A stretch of 48,536 nucleotides of DNA, the filler included, from Sphacelaria rigidula (Eukaryota): assembly GCA_964200075.2 (NCBI GenBank). It is 3 parts of 3 records of this genome, joined end to end, with 100 filler letters (N's around TTAATTAATTAA, not from the genome) between each part and the next. Parts side by side here need not be neighbours in the genome. Positions count along the whole stretch, not along the records: positions 32,429 to 48,536 come from CAXNAA020001485.1; 2 more parts are not named here. One strand, 5' to 3'. Positions within the stretch are counted from its first letter, which is position 1. Each line of letters begins with the position of its first letter. Below the pieces are notes generated by a model, which worked only from the letters and a program-made list of their open reading frames with translations, ran no database searches and was not told the origin of the DNA. Shown here in pieces: positions 35,772 through 47,142 of the stretch. A program made the translations under genes and the position numbers.

Positions 35772-36339
35772 CCGCTAAGTCCATCGCAGGTATACAACAT
35801 ACAAAACAAGACTCTGATACATACTGACTTCGTCCGCACTTCAACGCGGGTGGGTGTAAACTCGTGAGGGCTTCTCCTATAGTATTTTCTATATATTTGC
35901 GGAGCATCGAGTAAACATCAGGATACAGACAGTAGGTCGTCGTGTTAATGGTATTATCCGTGTCTAGTCCCAAACCAAATAGAGTATGATTCCTCCACAC
36001 GGCGGTAAATCCTTTGATACCACCCCAATAATGTGCAGACCGAAACATACCATGCAGCAGTACAACTGTTCAGGCACTCTCCAGCGCACATCGCACCGTG
36101 ATCGTCGTAGAGTGTTTAGATGCACAACAGCACGGCGACAACTAGAGCATAAAAATGATGGATGTGGGAAGCGCCTTGTTCGTTTGACTTCAGGCGAAAT
36201 AGCCAACACACCATGAAGGTGTCAGCAGTGTCTCAAGGGCACCCGCTGCATTTCTCAACCTGCGCGCAGATCTGGGTACGTGCCGCAACTTGGATAGCCT
36301 GTAAATGGGTGCAAACAACGTACTTTTCACTTGTGACCT

Positions 36340-37621
36340 CACACGTGAACAAATAGCACCCTGTGGGGCACGTCTACAGGGTTCAGGGAAACTGTGCAGT
36401 GTTTCTCGTGGGTATCTGGCTGTAGGGTGTCTTTTTGCGCCCCACAGGACGCTTCACAGGGTTCGGGGAAACTGTGCAGGGTTTATCGCGGGGATTCGAC
36501 TGTTGGAAATTATTTTGTGCGACACAGGGCGCTTCACAGGGTTTCGTCACTCCGTGTAGAATTCATCGCTGTTAATATGCTGTGCAGCCTTTATGCCACG
36601 CATACAATATACTCCATACAGCATGGGTATGGTAAAACGGTCGAGAAGTGGCAGGGGTGAGAAAAGAACTCACGATTTTATGCTCGGGAATGCGTCAGGT
36701 TGCCTACTGAGCTACCCGATTTGTTGTTTCGAATGACATTATTTTGTGCTTCTAATACCTATCAAACAAAATCCTCTCTGAACAAAAGCATACTCGGTTG
36801 AGTGATTTTGGTAGACTGCGGACCACGGGGTTTTCAAAAGCAATGTGCTCTCATATGCGAGGTATATACCGTCATCCCAACATCCACGTCTTGAGCAGAA
36901 GCGTCGTATCTCAACTCGTAGGCGTGTGGACATACACTCGATCGTAATCAGTGTGTCGGGTCTCCATTCAGCAAAGGCTGTTGAGAATTATCCATCCTTT
37001 AGCCCATGTGCATGGACCGGGGGGCAAAAGGATGAATTGCTTTCAACATTATTTTCTGCTTGTCGGATCCCATATGCTGATAACGGTGCAGTATGCGGGA
37101 TATGCCCGGCTGATGCTGTTCGCAACAAATCTCTTTTTGCCCAATCTCCGGATGAATTGGAGAGCAAAGGGAAGATTTATTTCGAGCTTCTTCTGCTGTT
37201 CAAATTCCAAATCTGCCAGTGTGCATGGGATTTGCGCAGCAGAAGAAGCTGTTCGAAATACATATTTTCTTCGCCCATTCATATTGGGCGAAAAAAGGAT
37301 CTATTTCGAACAGCTTCTACTGCTGTTCGAAATATATCCTTTTTTTGCCGAAATAAATTGGGCGAGAGAAGGATCTGTTTTGAATAGCTTCTCCTGCTGT
37401 CCGGGATAAATTCCTTTTTGCGTGATTTTGTACCAAAATAATTTGGAATTTTTCAAATTGGAAAGGCCTTTCTACAGGGTTGCTTGCAGGGTTTCGACAA
37501 AAACGCTATGCAAAATGCTATTACAGATACTAGGGTTTGCAAATGCTACACAGGGGTTTTCACAACGACTGTGGAGAACTCTGTGCAGCTCGTCCTACAG
37601 GATGCTATCTGTTCACGTGTG
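36340..37621. mobile_element. 1282-bp non-autonomous CMC/EnSpm(CACTA)-like element, 2-bp TSD (CT)
   Basis: TIR CACACGTGAACA(A/G)ATAGCA(C/T)CCTGT; CT at 36338-36339 and 37622-37623; empty site TTGTGGCCTATCTTTG at ~35625-35640; subterminal CAGGGTT repeats (~80-bp period at 36371-36546). Confidence 0.88.
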
Positions 37622-37997
37622 CTGTCTTTGCCGCCTGCCTCACCCCTTGTTGCCAACATAGCTTCACACTGTAGTGTTGTCGTGGAACACCAAGCAGAGA
37701 CACGAGTAGCGTGCAGTAGACTGTGTCCAGTGCAGAACGATGCACGCTCACTGCTTCTTGAAACATTTGCGGTAGCTGGTGCAATATCAGCAGCATCTTT
37801 CGTGCCAGTAAATGTACGCGGCTGGGGGTGGATCTGAATCAGCCGGTGCCGATCCTACTGCTGCTGCTGCTGACTTTTTTCCTCGTGGGAAAGGCGGTCC
37901 GCATCTCAATCGTGCTACAACGCCCACACACCTTGCGCAAATGCAACCTACATACGTACACTAGATTTGAGTATGTGAGAGGGGTCACATTTTGGGC

Positions 37998-38150
37998 AGT
38001 TCTTTTTCAAGTTCTGCTTGTTTTTTTCAAGGCCTGCTTGTTTTTTGAACGTGTTGCTTGTTTTTTTTCAAGTTCTACCTGTTTTTGGAACGTTCTTATT
38101 TTTTTCGAAGTTCTGATTGGTTCTTGAAAAGTTCTGTTTGTTTGTTTTGT
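37998..38150 (+). repeat. ~20-bp T-rich minisatellite
   Basis: About seven TTTTTTCAAGTTCTGCTTGT-like units. Confidence 0.8.
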
Positions 38151-38362
38151 TTAGTTTTGATTAGTTCTGAAAAAACATCCTGAAAAAAACAAGACAGGTT
38201 TCTGTCACAGAAATCCAATACCGAATCTGAAATGGCCTGAGACAACAACCAATTTGAAAATTGGAACTCCGCTCGTTTGTGAATTCCAAAGTACACGTCA
38301 AACACATTGCCTCAAGCTTCAACATGCAGCAGATTTACTGCATTCGAGGATTACAGTTGAAT

Positions 38363-38501
38363 GTAAATTGTGGGAGGACCGCGTGGGTTTTGGACATCGG
38401 CGTTTCAACACCCATATGGCTAGGGCTAGTGTAGTGTTAGGATTAGTTTCAGGGTTAGGGTCAGGGTCAGGGTTAGGGCTTGCGGTCCTCCCACGCATTA
38501 C
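38363..38501. mobile_element. 139-bp MITE-like insertion containing degenerate TTAGGG repeats
   Basis: Exact inverted 13-mer GTGGGAGGACCGC (38370-38382) / GCGGTCCTCCCAC (38482-38494); GTAA..TTAC ends flanked by AAT on both sides; internal GGGTTAGGGTCAGGGTCAGGGTTAGGG. Confidence 0.6.
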
Positions 38502-39114
38502 AATGTGCGTCGAGCACGCATTGCGTCCCATAATGGAGATCTCCCGGTGGTGTTATATTGCAAAATCAATCACCGTGTTGAATACCCCGCGAACGATTTT
38601 CACAAGCGTTGTTTTGATTCCGGCATGGTTGGCAGTGCGCGACGTAACAAGTTTTGATAAAATTATATATTTAAGGGTAAGGAGGCTATCTCCAAGTCCC
38701 GACATGTAATTGAATATTGCCGAGCTGAACATCAGTGTATGTGTACGTGGATTATTTCGGGTACATGCGGTGCAGATTGATGATGTATCATGGGCACCGG
38801 ATATCGTGTGCATGTCGGATTGTGATATGACTGGATGTATGACATATGAGGAAACACACGGGGCGGTCATGCCCTCCAGGATTATTCCTGTTTTGTGCAT
38901 CTCTGGGATTGCATTTCGGGGTAACAGAGAGCAGGTCGGGTGGAGCTTGCGAGGTTGATGTTTGGTGAGTGAAGAGTACAAAAGTTTAATACAAGAAGAA
39001 GTTACACACATTCTCCTGTCCAGAGCGCGTCCTCTAAGAGACGCTCCCTTGATCAATGACGCTAGCAGATTTAAAACGGGTCGATTGCAGCCAGGTATAC
39101 CAGGGAAGTAAGCG

Positions 39115-39790
39115 AGTTTGAGCAAAATACAGCAGCAGTCATAGCGCTTGAGTCAACTTGAGTAAGTCACGCAGTGAGCATTTATTACAGTTTGAGCAAA
39201 ATACAGCAGCAGTCATAGCGCTTGAGCCAACTTGAGTAAGTCACGCAGTGATCGCTTGTTACAGTTTGAGCAACATACAGCAGCAGTTGATGCGCTTGAA
39301 ACACAGAATCTTACAAATTGGGGATGGATATGGTTTTGGGAACGAGAAACCCGGAGAACTAAAAACTTCGTATCCACACCAAATCTTCGAAACATGATTA
39401 CATTTCTTCACCTACGGATAGCTTTCGACAAGGGCTACACGTCATCGAAATTTGGATTTCGATAACCAAAACGTTGGGGTCCTAGGTCAACAACCAATTC
39501 TGGGGAATTCTGGGTGTCCGAATGGACGCCAAAGTGGTTCCTAAATTGGTTTTGACCTAGGACCCTAATGTTTCGGTGGTCGAAGCCCAAATTTTCATGG
39601 CGTGTAGCAGTTGTCAATAGCTATCAGTACGTGAAGAGATTGAACCATATTTCGAAGATTTGGTGTATATACGAAGATTTCGATTCTCCGGGTTTCTCAT
39701 CCCCAATAAATGATCCATCTCCAATTTGTAAGATCCTGTGTTTTGAGCCAACTAGAGGAAGTCACGCAGTATTCGTTTCATAAAGTTTGA
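39115..39790 (+). repeat. 74-bp tandem repeat (~3 units), third unit interrupted by a foldback element
   Basis: AGTTTGAGCAA(A/C)ATACAGCAGCAGT at 39115, 39189 and 39263; the unit resumes with TTGAGCCAACT..AAGTCACGCAGT at 39743. Confidence 0.9.
39300..39742. mobile_element. 443-bp foldback MITE with long TIRs and TTGA TSD (Kolobok-like by termini)
   Basis: AACACAG(A/G)ATCTTACAAATTGG(G/A)GATGGAT inverted at both ends, arms alignable for >120 bp; TTGA at 39296-39299 and 39743-39746; empty site GCGCTTGAGCCAAC in the neighbouring repeat unit. Confidence 0.88.
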
Positions 39791-39859
39791 AATAACAACA
39801 AACACCACCGGCGATAGACAATTACAGTCGAACAGTGGCTAACAGAAAGGAATTCAGTA

Positions 39860-42800
39860 CGGAAGAGTTGATGGAGAAGCTCCGGCTCATGGAAGTACAA
39901 CAGACCGAAAAATTGCGGCTCATGGAAGAAAAACAGGCAGAGATGGAAACAAACAGGCAGAGCTCATTGATGCCGCAAAACATGATGCTATTGTAGGATT
40001 CGAAAGAGAAAGGGGTATGCATTTGCGCGCAGGCGCACAAGGTAACCCCACGATGAGTACAGTAAACTGCGACCAGCAGAGCAACCCACCTGTTTTCCCT
40101 GAATTCTGATGCGATAATTATGTGGGAAGGCAACGTGCCCGACCAAACTTTGTAAGAGTACGTAATAATACATGTATTCACCGGTGGGGCAGTTCTGTAA
40201 ACGCAGGGGAGAGTATGGAGTCGAATTTCGTGTGTTTCATGTGCAGATGATCGGATATTTTCGCGCCGAGAAATGCTACCATGCTCTGTTTGTGCGATAC
40301 CCCATTCGTGTTTCCCATGAGACTGAGGAGGAGTTGGTAAGGCAGCACGGGTACAGGGTCGTAGAGAAAGCACAAGAAGCCCACGACATTATACTCGAAA
40401 AAATCACTGCCCCCAGCATGGTCGAAAATTTCGCAATACTTGGTTCACCTGGTGCGTCGTGGGACTATTTCGTACAATACTATACTGTTTCCCCCACTAC
40501 AGAGAAAGCGCACCTTGAGCAAAAATGGACGGGACTACAGATGTCACCGGGCGAGTTCCCTTTGGTTTTTCTGAACACGGCAAATGTATTTCGTGACAAT
40601 AGACATCATTACGGTACCGTAATTCCGAAGACTGATGCAAACATGCACTATGAACGTAGGCTGTCCTCAGAATAAGAGATACAGCGCGACATTCTTCTTG
40701 CTATGTCAGAGATAAATACAGAAACCCTACACCGTACAGTAATGACTGCTCACGCTGAATTGGATCATGGAGTAGGGTGGACTCATCCAAAAACCATGCT
40801 TTATCAATAACCATGCTTTATCTGCCATAGGTCATGATACCTCTAACAGTGACGTATCAGCTAGGCGACGCGGAGGCCGGGGGGGCAGGCGAAATTACCA
40901 CTGCCGGGAGTGCGGCTCTGACCGCAGTGGGAAGTTTGATTCACACCAACACCCTGACCATGAACGATCAACAAGATTCAATTCCCGATCATATTTCTTA
41001 TCTCCACATGAGCCCCACAACAATCACCATAATCCAACCCCTCAACTCTCATCATGCAATGTTCGCAATTGCAATATATGCCATGATCGAGGTACCGATT
41101 ACCATACACGAGGCGACGGGCGGAGTCATGTTGATCACCGACGATGCAATCGATATCCTAACCCGGAACAGCGTGCCCCGCATCACGGGGGAAACCATCC
41201 CTCACGTAACCACCACCCCAACACCCACACTCACACGAACAACTCCCATCACACCAACAACCCTCACCACGTCAGCGACGCCCGCCATTCAAGGGACTCT
41301 CACCCGCGTGCAAACTTTGTACAATGGAGTGAGCCCCCGACTACTGACGAAGACTTCATCTAACCAGGCAGGGACGGTTTCGACGGTGCTGGATATTCCC
41401 ATTGCGTGCAGAGTCATGAGCCATCGTCACACCAAATACTGCCCCAATATCAACATCCCTCACCAACAGACACCTACCCACAGCAACCTTCCCAACAATA
41501 TCAACATCCCCCACCAACAGATCACTACCCACAGCGACCTTCCCAACAGTACCCACCATCGGGCCAGCAGCATCACTCTTACTACCATCCTCACCCGGAA
41601 TACAGCTCTCATCACCAAGAATACCAAACCGCAGCCCCGCCTCACGATCAACTACAGCAGCATAAGCAGCCGGGAGCCCCCCCAGCTACATCTGCTCCGC
41701 CTGCCGACACGTCCACCTCGGAGCATCCACGACTACATGTGGCATTTTCCATGTCAAAAGGCGAGTCTCGGTTTCGGCTTGGTAATGTCGATTTGCAGGG
41801 ATATGCCATGATGCATCGTGGGGAGGTGTCGGGGAGAGGTGATGATTTGGAAGAGTGGATACCTGACACCGGGGCCTCGCACCATACTACTGGAAGTATG
41901 GAGGGGTTGTTTGAGGTGCGAGTTCCCCCTCATGGTGACGAGAATGTGATTGATCGTAGGAGATGGTACTGTACTCCCAGTAAGAGCGGTCGGTAGCCTC
42001 AACCTCAGATTTTACATGGGACTGACTGACGGGGCTGAGCGCCCTAGTTTTGGTGTGAAGCTCACTAACGTCCATGTGCTTGATGGTATTCACTTCAACC
42101 TCTTCTCTTCACATCAGGCACAGTACAAATAGGACATTACTTTGACTAGAGCAGGCATATCGTTGTGTACGTTCAACTACGATTCGACCGTAATTCGCGT
42201 TCATCTTCTTAACACTTGAAACATTTGCCGCCCAGATCGGATGATGCTTCGATTGCAGTCCCCTCCATGGGAAATTATTCTCCAGATATTGTGTCCTCGC
42301 GTGATACTGTCAGTAAACCCCCGAGTACTGTGTCTTCGCGTGCTACTGTCAGAGACCCCCCGAATGCTGTGTCTTCGTGTGCTACTGTCGGTATAACCCC
42401 GACTACTGTAGCGCAATCTACTGCAACGGAGTCTTCGCGTGCTACTGTCAGTGCCCCCTCAAGTACTGTAGTTTTGACCCCCTCAACCACTGTAGTTTCG
42501 TCCTCCGGTGTAAGGTCAGAAACCCCTCCTGTAGCTTCGCCAACCAGTGTACGGTCAGATACACGTAACACTGTAGAGTCAGATCTCCCTATTACTGTAG
42601 AGTCTTCGCGTGCTAGGGTAGAGTCTTCACCGACAGCTACCCGGACTATTTGCGATGAGTCTGATTCCCCGTTTTCTACTGTAGAACCAGATATCCCCAC
42701 TACTAAAGAGTCTTCGTGTGCTACGGTAGAACCGACAGCTGCTCGGACTGCTCGCGATGAGTCTGATTCTCGTTATTATACTGTAGAATTTTCCCCGGCG

Positions 42801-43530
42801 CATCATGGGCCCAATGTTACTGTAGCGTCTTCCAGTGAAACCCCGAGTGAGGAAAGAAATATTCTTGATTCCCCCCCCAGTGTTGGCTCACGCCATTATT
42901 CTGCCCGAAGACGTTTTGTCTCCCCTCCTCGGTTTCTTTGTCCAGTCCTGTTCCGCGACGAGCCTTACATCAGGTGTTCGTATTCAGTCCGATTCCCCGG
43001 CACGTGGTGTATTTTCCGTGCGACCTGTTCCGCGTATACAGCTTCTGCAACCACCGCCGATACCGCTCGACGGCAAAGGGGGTTATCGAGCGAGTACCGT
43101 CGCCGACCCGCCGGCATCCCCGCAGCCGCTCATCAACGCGGTAAAAGCCGAGCCGACGCCGCCGCCGTCATTTTTACACCAAACTGTCGCGCCGCCGCCA
43201 CGACGCATTGTCGCATCCAACATCATACCATGCTGCCCCATCCCCGAACCAACACCAACACATTTTTACCACCACTGCGCCACCGTCGCCATCAATTCCG
43301 CCCGTCGCCGCGCCGCAACACGCATGTTTCTCCATTACGCTACGCCGCCGCCACCATACCCACTCACCGCCCCGACACTAAATCCGTGTTTGACCACAAC
43401 TCCAAGTCCGACACGACTAATGCCAATACAACTGCCTCCACCACCGACACAATCGGCAACGAATTTTAATGCGTGGCGTCGTCGGCGCTGGTGGAACGGA
43501 GCGGGGGGGGCGGTGACGATGGGTTGAAGC
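39860..43530 (+). mobile_element. Decayed Ty1/Copia-like gag-protease element with long Ser/Thr/Pro-rich extension
   Basis: Gag-like EKAHLEQKWTGLQMSPGEFPLVFL (40172-40675); Pro/Gln-rich linker; protease EEWIPDTGASHHTTGS..VGDGTVLPVRAVGSL..LTNVHVLDGIHFNLFS (~41850-42130). No integrase or RT recognised downstream. Confidence 0.8.
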
Positions 43531-43959
43531 AGAGAAGTGATGCCGGTGGAGTGGAGCAAGTATGAGGTGCCGGTTCGATGGGGCAGGGGGGCGCGTGACC
43601 ATGGATGAACACAGAAAGCCGGAGATGGATTTTGAAGGACATTATACTCCAAATGTCACCGCGTCAAGTGTGTTTTTGTAGACCACTTGAACTTGATGGT
43701 AGATTCATGCATTGGATGTTTCGATTCGAGTGAAAGCGCATCAATGTGACTGCTGTCCGAATGCAGTGATTTGACTAGTGGGCATCATATTTTGAAACAG
43801 TAATTGGCATGCTTAACAAGGATTTGTTTGAGCTTTGTTGGGGATTTATTTGCGTAAAAATACCTGGCGCACTCCTAAACCGCGTGAAAATCCAGGCTCA
43901 TGGCTTTGATCTTGCGCAGGGATGGCGGTATTACGCTTTGTACTGCATTATGTATTTCA

Positions 43960-44225
43960 CCACATTTCGATTTGAGTTCGACTGTTGTGATTCACTCTCG
44001 GTTTTTCGGTATGACTTGTACTGAGTCATATAGTTCACCACAGTTCGATTTGAGTTCGATTGTTGTGATTCACTCTCGGTTTTTTAGTATTATCGAGACG
44101 CCAGCATGGTCTGAATCTTGGTCATGCGTGGGTATGGCGGTATGACGATTTACACTATATCGAACATTTTACCGTAGATTGATTTGAGTTCGATTGTGGT
44201 GATTCAGTCTCGCTTTCATATTATC
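43960..44225 (+). repeat. Three copies of a ~45-bp motif
   Basis: GATTTGAGTTCGA(C/T)TGT(T/G)GTGATTCA(C/G)TCTCG at ~43969, ~44047 and ~44181. Confidence 0.85.
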
Positions 44226-45707
44226 ACCGAAATGGCAACATGGTGGAAATTTTCCCTTCATGTGAGTTTGATTTTCGGCATGAGATTCAACTGTTTTCAA
44301 GCATGTACGATGACCACGAAAAAGATCAGGGGGTCGATCGATTTGACAATACTAACTTTGTTATGCATCATGGCACATGACAGATTCTTTTTGGTTGATC
44401 AATTTAGTGATCTTGGATTTCGGGCCATACTTTTGTGGGATATCTTTGGAAAAACACGTCCCGAGATTTGACACTTTATGCTCCCGAAAATAATATGGGA
44501 TCCGGGGCGCATATAATGTAGAAGGTGATTTTCCTTGATGATTTTGGTTTTTTCCTTGCTGAGTCTTCCATGTATTGTTGGAATATTCAATGTCAGTCAT
44601 TGGTAACGACTACTATCTATCGTAGGTTATCGTAAACAAGTAAAAAATCATTTGATTGTTCCAGAAATAGTCTCGGTACATTATGTTTCCAGAACAAGTT
44701 GTCGGGGGATTAATCGGGAGTTATCGGTTGTAATATCCCGCGAGTGTTCTGGACGTGTGGAAGTTCTGGAAGTTCATTAGATGATCGGTAGGCTCGCACA
44801 CTTGGTGCTCGCCCACCTGATCACTCCTCTACTACTTCTCTTTTCATACTCTTCTCTTCCATGAGTTAAAGTCTTCGGCCACATAAGCGCCAAGTTCAAC
44901 ATCTCCATTCTCAAGTCAAGTGACTTAACCATCACTCTCTGCACTTCTGCATAAACTGCAGAAGACAGTTGACACATCGGCGCACCATCAAGAGTGAAGC
45001 CATATTCCTTCAGGTTGTGAGCCTCGAGCTTCATCAATAAGCAGAGCAAGAAGTCACAGCGTCGTCAGCGATCAATACGTTCTCAAGAGGATCGGCACCG
45101 CTCTTCCAAGCAGAAAACGGACATCGCACCAACGGGAACTTCAAGGCCTTTCCCGTCAATCAAATTCAAGTTGTGTGGAGGTCCATCAAGATCAGACGCT
45201 TCGGCATCATCCACGTCGCCAAGACATCACTACAGCAGTTCAATGGAGTCAGCTCAAGCCTACCTATCCACGCTCATCTCGCTAGTGAGCATCTTCGGTC
45301 ATCAACAAGATCGACAATCGACCGTATCGCATCGGCAAGTTCCGAGTTATTCCTCCGCATTTTTGTTGCGTGAGAGTTTTTTCGAGAAAAGAGAGATACG
45401 CCGTCATCAGCAACGACACTCAGCTACGCCGTCTTCAGCTACGACATCATCAGTTCGGCAGGTTCTTCTACCAACACTCGTCAACGTCAAGAGGCAAGCA
45501 CTTCGGATCCATCAAGCCTATCAACTGGCATTCGCAGCCAACACCTGTAGATAACTCACACCTGGGTGCATCATCATCTTCTGTTGAGGGACTGTCAGTT
45601 TCTCTTGGGTTTTTTCAACGTCATCGTACGACTGCTGTACGAGTACACGTCATCTACACGGACGGCAACAGCAACAGCAACGACAACAGCAACAAGATCA
45701 CCGCAGC

Positions 45708-47142
45708 ATGGGGGAGCCATTGACAAATGCTGCTGCGGCGGACGCAGTGGACAAGCTCGTCAAGGCTGTTGGCGGAAAGTTCAACGGGACGGACTTCGAT
45801 GTCTGGTCCCGCACAGCACAGTCTGTGATCAGCATGCGACATTCGGGCATTGCAGACATCCTGGACGGCGGACCATGTCCGCCGACCATTTACAAGAAAA
45901 CCAAGGGCAAAGCTGGCAAGCGCAAGAAACAAGCAACCTCAAGCATCGAAGGTGAAGAAGAGAATGAAGACAAGGATGCAGCAGAAGACTCAGCACTGCA
46001 TCCCGAGCAACAGCTGTAGCTTGCACCAGATGAGCTGACTTCAACAAGCGGCGAGACTCCTACTTCTGTGTTGTGGGAGATGGATGACAACGTCCAGAAC
46101 GTCAGGGCATCCGGGAGTAGCACATGGCCAACAAGATCCTGTTCCACTTCCTGTTCTTGAGTACGGCAGGACCGGCAGCAAGCTTTCTCCTAAAGTTCAA
46201 GCCTAGACCAGGCATTTTGCCAAACGGCATCGCCGCTTGGAATGGTCTGGTGGGAAAATACAAGAACCCTTCACGCCAGCGGCATCGAATTATGGCAAAA
46301 AGGCTGTCTAACATGAGAATGCAGCAAGGTCAAGACCCGGACGTCTTCGGCAACGAGCTATTTTCGTTGCGAGATGAACTGGTGGAGATGGGTCGAGTGA
46401 TTACGGACGACGAGATACTGGACATCATCCTGGATGGTCTGACGGACGAGTACGCCCAGATTCAACTGCTTGCGGAATCGCAAGACACTTTCAATCTTGA
46501 AGACGCCATGTTCACCATGAGGAGCATGTTCGCAAACCGTGTCGCAGAAAACGGGCTTTCGCGTGCAGCGAAGGGTCGCACCTCGGCGATGACCACTACA
46601 ACGGCAAAATACTGCAACTACTGCAAAAAGCCTGGTCATGACATCAATAACTGCTTTAAGCGAAACAACAAGAAGAGCACAAGAAACAACGGAGGGGGAG
46701 GAAGTAACTGGTGATGCTCCTTGCACAAAACCAGTCTTAACGACAGTTCGATCTGCAAGGCGCAACAACACTGGGGCAACGATCCTGACGATCAGCGGAA
46801 GCAAGGGCAGCGCGGCCGAGGACCACGTCACAACAGCGGACCACGGCAGCAAGGACAATCCCGCTTCAGCGACAGCGGACAAGGACGCTTCAGCAACAGC
46901 GGACAAGGCCCCTTCAACGATACCAGTGGACAAGGAGGCGTGAACAACAACATCGGAAAAGGTGGTAACAACAACAACACCAACGCGGCAGCACACACAG
47001 CTACAGCGACACCGGGGTCTACTACTGTGGTGGGAAACTACAACACAGCCGGATCATCTACTCCAACTTCCGCGACTGCCACCACTCAACAAGCTTCACA
47101 TCCATCACCTTCAGACTCTTCACCTCCTGCTGGAATGGGTTA
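45708..47142 (+). pseudogene. gag: Ty1/Copia gag remnant, truncated before protease
   Basis: GKFNGTDFDVWSR; NGIAAWNGLVGKY..LSNMRMQQGQDPDVF..ILDGLTDEY; CCHC CNYCKKPGHDINNC; second knuckle W*CSLHKTSLNDSSIC; in-frame stops at 46017 and 46712. Confidence 0.88.

Noticed and set aside
39115-39300. CRISPR-like repeat-spacer pattern
   Set aside because: Plain 74-bp tandem repeat; the intervening sequence is also repeated.
40834-41811. 325-aa Thr/Ile-rich ORF as a host protein
   Set aside because: Alternative frame of the His/Pro/Gln-rich Copia gag-protease linker.
44700-45700. 5' LTR/PBS of the gag at 45708
   Set aside because: Position is plausible, but I could not fix TG..CA ends, a PBS or a second copy.
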